From contig NW_024704742.1 of assembly GCF_018977255.1 (NCBI RefSeq), positions 26,662,001 to 26,726,000 on the forward strand: a stretch of DNA of 64,000 nucleotides, read 5' to 3'. Positions 51,921-64,000 of the stretch are shown here, piece by piece. Below the pieces are notes generated by a model. It was not told where the DNA came from. It ran no database searches and worked only from the letters and a program-made list of their open reading frames with translations. Within the stretch, counting starts at the first letter, position 1. Each line of letters opens with the position of its first letter. The translations under genes and the position numbers were made by a program. The DNA is from Callorhinchus milii (lineage: Eukaryota).

Positions 51921-52060
51921 GTACATTATCTTGTTCTGTATGGCTCATGCAACCTGCTCCTTCAATAGCAATGCTGTTTATATTTTTTAAAAATTGAATT
52001 AACATGCTTTGAATTGGATAATTCTATTGATTGTTGTTCATAATGTGGTCTGCCCCACAG

Positions 52061-52213
52061 GAAAAGATGTAGTCATTCCATTACATAATCCAGGTGGAGG
52101 GACTATAGAAAATTCCATGTTTCTCCCATCTAACATTCACCTCCTGACCTTATGCGTGCCTGGATGGAGATACAGCTCAAACCACACTGACCACATACAG
52201 AGCATTGCTCAAG
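52061..52213 (+). CDS. MAN2B2: MAN2B2 exon 16
   Basis: cacag|GA; GKDVVIPLHNPGGGTIENSMFLPSNIHLLTLCVPGWRYSSNHTDHIQSIAQ; |gtaaga; 153 nt. Confidence 0.92.
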
Positions 52214-52293
52214 GTAAGAGGTGTTTCAATCTTAAACCTGTTGGATATTCTGCTTCAGAGCTAAGTTATATAAAACGGTTTCTCTTTCACAAG

Positions 52294-52406
52294 GTAAATA
52301 TAAATCGTCTAACCCAAACTTCAGTCGGGTATTACTGAGACTGATGCATTTGTATGAAGTGGGAGAAGATGCGATTCTGTCTGAACCTGTGACCATAAAC
52401 CTGAAG
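52294..52406 (+). CDS. MAN2B2: MAN2B2 exon 17
   Basis: acaag|GT after an 80-nt intron; GKYKSSNPNFSRVLLRLMHLYEVGEDAILSEPVTINLK; |gtcagt; 113 nt. Confidence 0.93.
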
Positions 52407-52494
52407 GTCAGTCATTTATTCTCTTGTTCAGTGACTTAGTAATAAACTTGCACAGTAATTCTAAATACTATCCTCCTGGGGGAGGTAAGCAAGG

Positions 52495-53043
52495 TGTCCT
52501 TAGAGTTGAACTGTTTCCAAGGTGACATGTTTGATGTGTCGGAATAGAGCCAGCCCTCTGTGGCAGTCTCAGTAGTCTGGTTCCTAAACCAGTCAGGTCC
52601 ATAATATGACAGCACAGCCTGGCTCATTAGCTGGATTTCGAAGGGTAGACCAGTCACTGGGAACAGGGATTCCTCCCACTCAGCTCCTGCTAATCATGCA
52701 TACCAAATCCCTAGTGGATAGTGTGTTCTAAGCTGGACAAGTAGCGGGAAAGCTTGCCAGGCAGTACTATGGATGGCAAGCTATGCAGGTTTAGCTGGCT
52801 AGACTCCTAATAGTACCCCAACACGCATTCTAAGGCCTGCAAGCCTTGGCTCTTGCCAACCTATGCCTAATATTTTCCAGAATTAGGTAAGCAGGACGCT
52901 TCCCTCCTGGGAAAGAGTACATTTTGTTCCAGTAAACATCTCTGGAATCTCCATATTTAGGTGGGATGGAACTCTGGTTTAGATACTCTTGAGCGTGGTG
53001 GTGGGTTTCCGCATGCGTCAGACAGCAGGCTAACTCCCCCAAC
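52495..53043 (+). repeat. Unclassified interspersed repeat family C, longest copy (others ~34915-35108, 36633-36960, 45411-45785, 48350-48580, 57612-57958)
   Basis: Shared blocks tttagctgg..agactcc, caagccttggctcttgccaac, ggtaagcagga, gatgggtttccgcatgtgtc. Confidence 0.8.
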
Positions 53044-53716
53044 AAAGTGTGTATGTTAAAATGCTCACTGATTAACCTTAATATAAAGTGTTGTAATGTT
53101 CAGTTTTGAATAAAGTCACAAATATCTATGCTGCACATCACTTCCCAAGCACTGCTGTGATATAGCAAAGATGTAGCTTTAACTTAACTGCTTTCTGGAA
53201 AATATGTGATACTAAAATTTATTTGTAGAATTCAATAATTCGATCAAATGGCTTAAAGAGCAAAAAGTATCCCCTGGTGTGTAACATTTTGTAGTTTTCC
53301 TTTATTGTTTTGTTCCAGAGTCAGTGGCAAGCTGCTGTTTAACTTGCAATTCTGCATTTTGCCCACAAAATACACAGTCAATCCACTTTACAATATTTTC
53401 TGTGAAGCGCTTTGAGATTTCTCAATGACGTGATAAGGCATAATGTCAAATGCAAGGAGTATTATTATAACCTTTATAAATCAAATTCACATAACTTTAC
53501 AAGCGATTCATCGAGAGTAGATGGGTTGTGTGAGAGATGGTAGTGGTGTCTGCAGCCAAACACAAATCAGTGATGTTCCTTTTGGGAACTATTCACCCAC
53601 AGATCAAAATAATAAATCCATCACCCAAATGAATAGATAGCAAAACAAAATAAATCGGTCCAGAGAACTGTGGGTAGTGCCTTTTTCTTCAACCCATAGT
53701 ACGATATCTCCCCTTG

Positions 53717-54045
53717 TAATAATAATAATAATAATCCTTGCATTTGATAAAGCGCTTTTCACGTCGGAAGGATGTCCCAAAGCGCTTCACAGAACACACT
53801 GTAAAGTGAATTGACTGTATATTTGTGGGCGAACGCGGCAGCCAATTGCGCACAGCAATGTCCCACAAACAGTCGTAGATTGAAAATGACAAATTTTATT
53901 ATTGTTTTTGGTTTTTGGAGGGATTATTATTAGGCTCTGTGTGGAGTAAGGAAACTTGCCCAAGGTTTCGCCCTCTGCCTGGAATTGAACTCAGGTCTCT
54001 CGCTTGCAAAGCGAGTGCTCTAACCACTGAGCTACAGGACTCCAC
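53717..54045 (-). mobile_element. SINE family A
   Basis: Reverse complement of head, core and (ATT)n tail. Confidence 0.88.
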
Positions 54046-54394
54046 AATCCTGTACATACTGGGCTGTGGTCAGTTCTCTGATAAATAGCTTGCAGCCTTC
54101 ATGTACCTCAGTGTCCGTTTGCCTTTGCCATCTGAGGGGAAATGATGCAAAGAATCTAAAATGTGTAAAGGGGGGAAGTGTCTTTGGAAGAAATGATGTG
54201 TGCAGGAGAAGTCAAGTTGATTTTGTAAAGCTCAAAGCTGGAGGTTATTTCACAGCTTGCAGAGAATGAAACCATTGTTAAGAGAATCTCAAAGTCTGTT
54301 AAAATTCATTAGCATTTTAATTAGGGTGCTTCACTGTGATTCACCCTTCAATTATACAAGATCCGAATTCATGTTAAATCTGAACCTCTGTCAG

Positions 54395-54512
54395 AACTTA
54401 CTCAAAGTGTTGGGGACAGTGGTGTCTGTTGAGGAACGCTCGCTCACAGGAACCTGGGACGTTAACACACTGGCACGTTGGAAATGGAAAACAGCAGAGC
54501 AACGAGACACAG
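54395..54512 (+). CDS. MAN2B2: MAN2B2 exon 18
   Basis: gtcag|[42 protein letters not shown]; |gtgggt; 118 nt. Confidence 0.94.
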
Positions 54513-54897
54513 GTGGGTCCCTTCAGTTTGCTATGTGGAACGTGAGTTCTGATGCACTCTTGTGATGAATGTGTAGTGCAGAGCAGCTACAACTAGAAGC
54601 TTGTGCACTTTACAAATACAAGTTGTTGTTGTTGCTTGTCTGCGGTGCCCTGAGCAGCCCGTGCAGTGAAATTTGCATACTTTCTACGGAAGGTGGATTC
54701 TATAAAGAGAGCTCTGCATATGTTGCAGCTGTTTCAAAGTTATGCTCAGTTCTCCAGCCTTTTCCCCAGTTGCTGGGACAGCTTCTACAAGCCAATGAAC
54801 CGAACATCCGTGCCTTGACCCGCTCAGCCTTCTCCCACCTCCCCAACATTGGGGGTTGGCAAAGGCCCTATTCCTGTTACATCTTTGCAATATAAAA

Positions 54898-55302
54898 AAC
54901 ATCCTTACATTTGCTGTAGCCCTTTTCATTTCAGCAGGAAGCCTCAAAGTGTTTCATGGTATTTACTATAATGTATATTGACCTCGCATTTTGTAGTAAA
55001 AGTGGCTGCCAGTTCGCACACGGCAATGCCCCACAAATAGCCACAAAGCAAATGACCGTATTTTATTTTATTTGAGGGATTGTTGGCCAGGACACCGGGA
55101 GAAACTCCTTTCGCTTTTCTCATGGTTCTATGTGATTTTTAAAGTCCACCTGGAAAGGCAGAACATCTCACCCGAGGGACAGCACCTCCAACAACGCAGC
55201 ACTCCCCCAGCACTGCATTAGAGTGTCATCTTGGATTAATGAGTTTAAAGTTTCAACATGGGATTGAACCCCTCAGAGATAAGAGCGTAACTGACTGAGC
55301 CA
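54898..55302 (-). mobile_element. SINE family B
   Basis: Reverse complement; head ends at ctgactgagcca. Confidence 0.8.
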
Positions 55303-56137
55303 AGTACTTCAAAGTGCTTTGAGACTTTAGCCTACATGAAAGGTGCTAAATAAGGGCTTTGTTTTTATAAATGTGGTAAAATCATTCAACAAAGAAGAAG
55401 TCACTGCACATTAAAGTAACTGAAGTGTTTTGAGACAGATGTCCTTCTGATGTGAATGTGAACGATTTATTTTTAACTAGTTTCTTCTTTTGTTTAAAGT
55501 TTCTCAGCTAGACCTAACTGGAACTTTCATACCTAACTGGAATTTTCACACCTACTGCAACTTTCACACCTGTTATGATCACTAGTATTTCTCTAGCTCA
55601 ATGTGCAATAAACTTATCTGCTTCTTCTGAGACTACAGTTACTGCAACTGCCCACATGAATACATTGATTCTGACTAATCTAATAACTGTTTTCTGTGTG
55701 TGTGTGATTGTATATATATATATGTATATAGTATAACCAAAACTCTGGCATTTCGAAACACTCTTACATGTTCTAATGTTAATTATTGGTAAGTCGACCT
55801 TGAATCTTGTGCTTCCAGTTGTTGATTAAAGGATGCTCCATGATGAGGCTCAACAATTGCATCGTCCTTGTTAGTGCAACATACCTGCTATTGCATGTAT
55901 AGGATTTTTTTTCTGTCTGTTTTAGATTTTGTTTTGAAAATGTCTGTATTGGAGACAGTTATGTTTTTCTTTGCAGATTGGTATTTCTTCTGGGTTCTTA
56001 ACCAAACAGGAATTAATCAGTAATGTATGTGTCGAAGCACAGTTTAAAATAAATCTTTTTGCGATGGTACTGAGATAGCCAGTCACATCCCTGAGAACCA
56101 GAATTTATATTCTGAAACCTTTGCATCTTTTTCACAG

Positions 56138-56250
56138 AATGTAAAAAAGACACAAGACGGCTAACTGAGGGCTTCACTGTGACCCTTCAACCCAAGGAGA
56201 TAAGAACATTCTTTGTGTATTTTGGACAAGAGGGAAATGATCCACAATAA
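56138..56250 (+). CDS. MAN2B2: MAN2B2 exon 19 (terminal coding exon)
   Basis: cacag|AA; ECKKDTRRLTEGFTVTLQPKEIRTFFVYFGQEGNDPQ*, with the GH38 C-terminal P.EIRTF motif; TAA at 56248-56250. Confidence 0.94.
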
Positions 56251-58394
56251 CTTGAAATGTGAAACCTGAGAATGTTTAATTCAGAACTGTGTGGTTATTT
56301 CAGCCATACCATCACTGAGGCGGTATGACATGCTCTCTCCAATCCTCCCCCCCTCCATAACAAGTCTGTATCATGTGTTCAGCATATAGATTGCTGTTTA
56401 ACTCTTGTGCAAGATGTCGTCGGGCTTGCATTTCACCATTGGGTATTGGAAGAAAGGTCTTAAGTTCTTCGCTGTGTACTTCCTGCACTTGTCTCACAAA
56501 CCTTCCAAACCTAGCCTTATAAAGCACCTTTCCACTGACCAGAGTTAGCACTTAATTGCCACCACGCTTTCTAAGGTCTAGTTAAAATACATATCAATCA
56601 GACTTCAACATCCTGACTACATTTATTCAATATCAATTAATGTGTCCATGGCTTTGTATGCTCTGTGAGCAGTTACACCTCAGAATATCAGTGCCTTGAG
56701 TTTCCAATTTAGACACCTTCTTATTGAGTTATAAAGACTCATTGTTCATCATCTGTTTAGCTTCCCATCTGCTCCTGGTGGGGTTTAGACAGGGTCTCCT
56801 ACCCTCCTCATCTCGTCGCTTTATCTATTTTTCTAATTCCCTTCTTAAACTATCACTCATTCTGCAGTTCAGCTAGGAATTTTGTAATTTATGTTTCCCA
56901 ACCTGGTCTGCCCATTTTAATCTCCATTCCTCAAATTCCTGTTTCTTTTTCTCCATCACCTCTTGTAGGGAATGTACTGCTGCCTGGGCTCTACTGAGTC
57001 CTTCCCTCAAGATTGTATTACCTTTTTCTATGGCTCTTACATCCTTGGCTGTTTTGAACTGTTGTTCTAACCCCTCATTTTTAATTATCAACTGCTCTCT
57101 TTTTCTCCTGTTTCCCATTGACTGCCTGGAACTCCACCTTTCATAGTCACACCAAACACCACTGCACTATTATCAAATGACACGCACAAGTATTTTAAAA
57201 GGCACATTAAGAGGACTTTTGTCTGACATTCTGTATTGCAGTTATAGACATAGTTATCAACTCATTTGGGCTCTCAAGGTGTGAAGTCCCATTTGGACTA
57301 ACCTGTTCTCTGCGCTGTTTTGTGGACAAGCTTTTACATAATCTATTACAAGCTTTTCCCACTGTCCATTTACCTGCAATCTGAGTGGGACTTATTTGGT
57401 CATTCAATCCACGACTGTTTGTGGCACCGCAATGCCTTAAATTATGTTGGAGTCCGTAATACATAAAATAAAGGTACTTACTGTTTGAGCAACTTGAGCA
57501 AACTAACCAACTTTGTTAGATATCCCTCCAAGGTATAACTGCTACCTGCCTGCTCAAACACCTTGTATTTATACCTTTGTTTCCATGCTCTGACACTTAC
57601 AAAATAACACAAGCCAAAGCCCTAAAGCATAGGGGTGTCCTAGCTGGACAAGCAGCGCGAAAGTTTGCAAGACAATAATATCAACGGCAAACTATACGGA
57701 TTTAGACTCCAGCAGTAACCCCAACGCACATTCTGGAGGTCCCCAAGCCTTGGCTCTTGTCAACCTGCCCCGAATAATTTCTGGAATTCAGTAAGCAGGA
57801 TGTGTCCCTCCGAGGAGAGTTGTGCATTCCATTCCAACAGTCTATCTCTGGGATTTCCACGTGATGGTGGGATGCACGGAAATCTCAGCTTGGTTTGGAT
57901 GCTCTTAAACATGTTGATGGCTTTCCGCAAGTGGTAGACACCCAGCTGACCCCCAAAAAACAACCAAAACAATACCATGCAAGCAGGAAGAACAACAATC
58001 TTGCAGACAGTGTATTCAATTCGCCATTCAAACGAGTAGTCAATTGAGTTTGTAGGTTCCTTGCCCGTAATGTCACCACCACCACAGAGGATGCCTGATT
58101 TTCCCATTTACTGGCACACGTCAACTTCATTTCTATATTAGGGGTAATTGTTGTGTAGTCATGATCAAAGCTGCACATGTCTAAGGTGTATTGCATTGGT
58201 TGCTCGCCAGGTTTTGAAATTCTGTGATTTGCACAAGATGACATATGCACAAAGCTACTTATAAAGTGGACTGTGAAAGGGTTGTTCTCCCTTTCACTGC
58301 TCTACGTGAAAGTTTCTGTCCTGTGGGCTGTCCTGCTATTCACCTACCCTATACGGAGTGCCTTAGGGTTAAATATCTTTGAGCCCTTGACTGG

Positions 58395-60970
58395 ATTTCT
58401 GGTCTACTGCCCCCTGGCTCCTTCCTCTCTGCCATCTCTACTCTCCTCTCTTCCCTGTCGCTCTGCTCCAAGCGCCTGCTCATAATGGGCGATTTCAACC
58501 TCCAACTAAACTCCCCTTGCACCACCACTTCTGACTTCACTGCCCTCCTCCTCCCTAAACCTCACCCTTCTCATTAATTCACCGACCCACAACCGTGGTC
58601 ATGCCGTTGACCTCATCATCACCCACAGCCTTGACATTTCCAACCTTAGCATAGTGGACAAGGCCATCTGGGACCACTTCCTCATCTCCTTCTCTCACAT
58701 CCCTTTCTCCTCCACCAAGCCCTCAACCATCCTCTGCCACCCTTGGAAAAGGCTACCCCCTGAGATCCTCACAAAGGCCCTCACATTCTCCAATATCCTA
58801 TCCCTCTGGCCTTCCACCCACAGAGATCCTGAGGCAGCCGTCCAGCTGCTCCATGATCGCCTCTCCTCCACCTTCAACTCCCTGGTCTCCCTAAAATCCA
58901 GGACCATCTCCAAACCCATTCGATCCCCCTGGTATAACAATCATCTCCGCTCCCTAAAAACCCAAATCCGGCTGCTCGAGCGCAGATGGCAGAAAACTGG
59001 CCTCACAGTTCATCACCAACTGTGGCTCAAGCATCTCCACAGCAACCGCCATTCTTTGACGCGAGCGAAAACAGCCTTTACTCCAACATCATCTTGGAGG
59101 CAAAAAACAATCCCAAAAATCCTTTTTTCCTCCACCCACTTGCCTCCTCCATGCCCCCCTCAGGCCTCCTCAATCTTCACATCTAATGCCAAATGCGAGG
59201 AGGTCATGGACTTCTTTTCAACCAAAATATATAATGTTCGCTAGGCAGCCTCATCCTCCTGCCTCTTGTCACCCACCACCACCCCCTCTCCATCCCCCTC
59301 ACCCTCCCCATCATCAGCTCTTACCACGACCCACATCCTACATTCTTTCCTCCCCATCTCTTCTTCCTCCCTCTCACCCACCATCAGTTCAATGAAACAG
59401 AACTCCTGCTGCCTCGACCCTTCTCCCCACCAACTTACTAGTTACACAGCTCCCCCTCCTCTGCCCACTACTGTCTGATGTCATCAACCAGTCCCTCTCC
59501 TCTGGATCAGTTTCTGGCCCCCTCAAAACTGCTGTCATCACTCGCCTCCTCAAAAAACCTTCCCTACATCTCTCAAACTCTAGTCACTACCGCCCTATTT
59601 CAAACTTGCCCTTCCTTGCCAAAGTCCTAGAACGCATTGTTGCCAATCAACTTCGCAAATACCTCTCCTCCCACTACCTCTTTGAACCCCTCCAGTTCGG
59701 TTTCCGCTCTGCCCACAATACAGAGACTGCGCTTGTGAAAGTCTCAAACAACATTCTCTCTATCTGTGACCAGGGCTTCCTCTGCCACCTTGTCCTCCTG
59801 AACCTCTCCACCCCTTTCGACACAGTCGATAACACCATCCTCCTCCACCGCCTTTCCTCCGTCATCCACCTAATTGGAACTGCACTCGCCTGGTTCGAGT
59901 CCTACCTCACGAACTGCCAGCAGTACATCTGCACAAGCAGCTTTTCCTCCCACTCTCACCCGGTTACCTGTGGGGTACCCCAAGGATCCATCCTTGGCCC
60001 CCTCCTCTTCCTAATCTATATGCTCCCTCTAGGGGATGTCATCCACAGACGTGGGGTACACTTCCACATGTATTCGGACAACACGCAACTCTTATTTTTC
60101 CACCTCACTTTGCGACCCCCAGAATGCCTGTCAGACATCAGGAGCTGGATAAACGTGAATTTCCTTCAGCTAAATGTTGACAAGACGGAAGCCATACTTT
60201 TTGGCTCTCGTCAACGTCTTAAATTGCATGATTCTCACCTCCTCCACCTACCCGACCTCCCCCTAAAACTCTCCAAACCCATACGCAACCTAGGCGTCAT
60301 GTTCGACCCCCAATTATCCTTCCTCCCCCACATCCGGTCCCTCATGAGCACCGCTTTCTTCCACCTCCGACGATTGCCCGTCTCCGCCAATACCTCACCC
60401 CAAAAGCCGCGGAAACCCTGGTCCATGCCTTGTCATCTCTCGGCTGGACTATTCAAATACTCTCCCCTCCACTACCATCCACAAAATCCATGTCATCCAG
60501 AATTCTGCCGCCCACATTCTTACCCGCACCAAACTCCGCTCCCCGATAACCCCAGTCCTTGTCAGACTGCAATGGCTGCCTGTCCCAGAGAGGATCAACT
60601 TCAAGATCCTCACCTTTGTCTTCAAATCCCTCCACTCCTCTGCACCCCCCTACCTCTCTGACCTCTCTCCTCACAACAGTGCCCGTTGCCTTCACTCCGC
60701 CGGGTCTGGCCTCCTACCTGACCCCCGAATCCTCCGCTCCACCATCGGCGGCCGTGCCTTCAGCCCCTACGCCCCGAGGCTCTGGAACTCCCTTCCTCAC
60801 TCCCTTCACCTCGCCTATTTTCAGGTCTCGGCTGAAGACCTTTCTTTTCGACCGTGCCTTTGGTCACCTTCCTCCCCCTCCCCCCGGCTCAGTCCTGGGA
60901 TCCGTTACTGCAAAGCGCTCTGAGACGCCGTCCGGCGTGGAGGGCGCTATATAAATCCAAGTTGTTGTTG
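58395..60970 (+). mobile_element. L2-clade LINE, 5'-truncated decayed ORF2 (APE endonuclease + RT) and 3' end
   Basis: EN motifs (LVYCP, IMGDFN, PTHNRGHAVDL, DHFLI); RT motifs (YRPISNLPFLAKVLE, QFGFR, CGVPQGSILGPLLF, YSDNTQL for YADD); frameshifts and a stop; (GTT)n tail. Confidence 0.9.
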
Positions 60971-61113
60971 TGCCATTGATGTACTTAATAGAAATTGTGG
61001 TAAATCTAGAAATGTTTATCCGTTCTGTTAAATTTCTGAGCATGTTGTGCACTGGTACAGTTAATCATGTCTGTCACGTTAAATTATTCTTGTAAACATT
61101 GTGCACGCACTGT

Positions 61114-61119
61114 AATAAA
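61114..61119 (+). other. Candidate MAN2B2 polyadenylation signal
   Basis: AATAAA followed by a T/GT-rich tract; an alternative AATAAA lies at 57467-57472; use of either cannot be seen from sequence. Confidence 0.3.
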
Positions 61120-61396
61120 AACCTGAATTTATAACTTTGTGAATTTTACATATTTTTTAGGAAATATTGATCTCATTTAAATTTCCTTTTCCCGTGGGCC
61201 TGAAGGCTCGAGCACCAATTCACAGACAAGGAGAGGGCATCCTTAGTGACTGGTAGCCAGTCTTAACTGCATACATAAGGGGTAGGCAATGCGACAAAGA
61301 TAATTCCCAATTTTAGAGGAATAACCAATGATTAACAGACTAGGGCACTTCAGTCTTGAGAGAAGACGTCTAAGAGGGGACTTTATAGAGAGATAT

Positions 61397-61722
61397 AACT
61401 CTTGCAAGCGAGAGGCCTGGGTTCAATTCCCGGCAGGCGAAATGTTGGACAAGTTTCCTCACTCCACATGCCTCTGTTTACCTAGCAGTAAGTAAAACCT
61501 GTTTTTTAGTTGATTGCCGGATCACTTTCTGGAGATAATAATCCCTCCAAAACAAATTGGTCACTTAATCCACTGCTATCGTGGGACACTGCTGTGTGCA
61601 ATTGGCTACTGCGTTCGTCCACAAAATATACAGTTAATTCACTTTACAATATTTTACAAGTGCTTTGGGACGTCTCAATGATGGTATCAATGTGCTGTAT
61701 CAAATGAAAGGATTATATTATA
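61397..61722 (+). mobile_element. SINE family A nested in a CR1 3' fragment (~61290-61900)
   Basis: B box, core and tail; CR1-like sequence on both sides. Confidence 0.8.
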
Positions 61723-62166
61723 TAATGTGTGTGTATATTATCGACTGAAACAGATTGTCAGGAAGGGTGGTTGAGGCCAGGACATCAGACTCGTTTTAAA
61801 AAAGCAGCTTGAAGCTGTGATGAGGGGACGGTGGGGTGGGTGTTCTGGAAAGATGAGATTGGATGGGCCAAAGGTCCTTCTTTATCCAAACTTATTTTGT
61901 GAATTAGCCAAGGACTATGCACAAGAATAACCTGAGGTAATGTGTCTCCCCTCACTGGGGAAGAAGTGCCTTGCCCCTCATTAGGTTGGCTTATCTTCCA
62001 CCGCCTCGTGGCTTTGTGTTATGCTAGTGGTTATAGAGATGCAAAGCCTGATCTCTTCACATGAGGAAAATATAAATTAAATTTGTTCCTCTCTGTTTTG
62101 TTTCTCGGAAAGACAAATAATAAACCCAGAAAGGCTCTCTTTTTCTCTCTTTCTCTCTTTCTAGAC

Positions 62167-62344
62167 CAGTGGGTGCCAATCTGTGACACTTGCCCCTAAC
62201 GCCGAACATTTGCAAGAATCTAGGTAAGTCAAGGATCAGTCAGTAGTGTGTTTCCAGTTATTCCTTGATTTATGCCATAAATCAAGAAATATTCAATCAA
62301 TAACGTTTATTTTGTTGGCCGACCATAAAGGTTGGCTACCACCG
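62167..62344. mobile_element. hAT-Charlie-like MITE
   Basis: TIRs CAGTGGGTGCCAATCT / AGGTTGGCTACCACCG; 8-bp TSD TTCTAGAC / CTCTAGAC. Confidence 0.7.
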
Positions 62345-62352
62345 CTCTAGAC

Positions 62353-62946
62353 CATGTGTTTTCAAACGGTAGGGCTGCCCTGCTGAAGGGTGGGTGCGAT
62401 GAGGATACCGGGAGCGTGGGGACCTGACTGGTTAAGATTTTTTTTTATTTCACGCTTTTCGGCTACCGCTCACCGTGCTGCTTCCTACCTCCCGCTCTGA
62501 CCTTCTTCCCGTCGAGGCAGCACAGAGAGTGACAGGAAGAGCGTCGGAGTGGGAGATAAGTATATCTTTATGTAATGCAATGGTAAGTGTATTTTTATTA
62601 TATTTTTTATTATTAAATATTAATGCTTTTTATGGTAAATATATGTGTTGTGAAAAATGAAGGCCAAATGCCAGGGAGAGTTATATGAAATGCACTAAGT
62701 GCTAAGCCTGGGGTTCACCAACAAGTGTTTATCAAGTGTTCTTTTATTCAGTTGTAGAGTAATGGTGCTGTGCTATTTATGTTGCTTTCTGTCTTAAGCA
62801 AATATGTTATATTACCAAGAAAATAAAATCCTCTTTTTCTATGCAAACATACTGTTTCTTAGAAAGAGATTCATGGGATATGATGGGACAAGAATGGGAC
62901 ATGAATCTCTGGAGGGGGTGCAGTAAAAACAGTTTGGGAATCTGTG
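62353..62946. mobile_element. hAT-Charlie-like non-autonomous element
   Basis: Degenerate TIRs CATGTGTTTTCAAAC / GTTTGGGAATCTGTG; TSD CTCTAGAC / CTCCAGAC. Confidence 0.6.
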
Positions 62947-63459
62947 CTCCAGACCCAAAATTGCCTTTCCTCTCCCTACGCTTATAAAACCTTTATAGGA
63001 GGAAACCTTTTCAGCGTCAGTATCAGTGGGTGACAGATATGTTGTCACTTGTGGTGGTACCAAGTGATCTGGGACACTAGCCTGCATGAGGGGCAAGTTA
63101 TATAAATTTAAATTGTTGTTCTACTTGGACTGCCTTGTCCTCTGCTGTACATTTCATTGCAGAGAGCGAGTAACAATCTATAACCACAGAAACAAATGTG
63201 CAACTATTCAAATGGGTGCTGTCACTTCTTGCAACAGTCTTGCCTGAAGGTGTAAATGAGCTGCATCACGCTATGTTGTCCACTATGGTAAACTTGATGT
63301 GACTTATAGATGTGTGATTTTCAGACTCTTATCTATCACATTTTTTTTCACAGTGGGTCTTAAATAGAAGCTGTTTTTTTTGCAGAGTCCATATATGTGG
63401 TAAGTGGGTTAGGTGAATATAATAATCCTTGCATTTGATATAACGCCTTATCGCATATT

Positions 63460-63853
63460 GTGGAGTCCTGTAGCTCAGTGGTTAGAGCACTCACCCCGCA
63501 AGCGAGCGACCTGGGTTTGATTCCCGGCAGAGTGAAATGTTGGGCAAGTTTCCTTACTCCACACGCCTCTGTTTACGTGTGGAGTAAGGAAACTTGCCCA
63601 GCAGTAAGTAGGAACCCGGTTGTTAGTCGATTGGCGGATCGCTTGTCAGGGGGAATAATTCCTTCAAAAAAAATAATAATTTGGTCATTCAATCCACGAC
63701 TACTTGTGGGATACTGCTGTGCGCAACTGGCTGCCACGTTTTGCGCACAAAATATACAGACAATTCACTTTGCACTATATTCTGTGAAGTGTACTTTGAG
63801 ATGTCTAGAAGATGTGATAAGGCGTTATATCAAGTGCAAGGATTATTATTATT
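63460..63853 (+). mobile_element. Full-length SINE family A with internal inverted duplication, inserted into an antisense SINE tail
   Basis: Head to (ATT)n tail; antisense SINE sequence at 63419-63459 resumes at 63854. Confidence 0.9.
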
Positions 63854-64000
63854 TGAAATGTCTCAAAATGCTTCACATAATATATTGTAAAGTGAATTGA
63901 CTATTTATATCTTATGGGTGAAACACAGCAGTTACAGAAGTGGATTGAGTGACCAAATTATTATTATTTAAAAAAAAATTTTAAAGGTATTATTAGTCCC

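Noticed and set aside
55510..55572. Three ~19-bp tandem units (cctaactggaactttcata)
   Set aside because: Short ordinary tandem duplication with no spacers; not CRISPR-like
59606..60661. 351-aa reverse transcriptase ORF as an active element
   Set aside because: Catalytic YADD reads YSDN, and the surrounding ORF2 has frameshifts, a stop and a 5' truncation

Overview
Repeat-rich vertebrate genomic DNA, most likely from a cartilaginous fish (inferred from Deu-domain tRNA-SINEs plus L2 and CR1 LINEs). It contains the complete 19-exon MAN2B2 gene (GH38 alpha-mannosidase) on +, ATG 31386 to TAA 56250. The exons join in phase into 3099 nt (1032 aa) with GT-AG introns. Divergent from it on - are the first two coding exons (24776-24782 and 24520-24597) of a PP2A B55 regulatory subunit gene, PPP2R2C by synteny, whose next intron runs off the left edge. 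The rest is SINE, LINE and hAT debris, two simple satellites, and a probable false duplication (18009-19841 = 25510-27340) ending at a 25-N gap. I found no convincing new multi-gene system. The best leads are: a B55-alpha/delta-type N-terminus at the PPP2R2C locus; tandem candidate alternative first exons; GC-shifted retroposons confined to the two CpG islands; a perfect 25-bp hairpin inside a SINE; and an unrecognised repeat family found only in and just after MAN2B2. Repeat boundaries were read by eye and are approximate.
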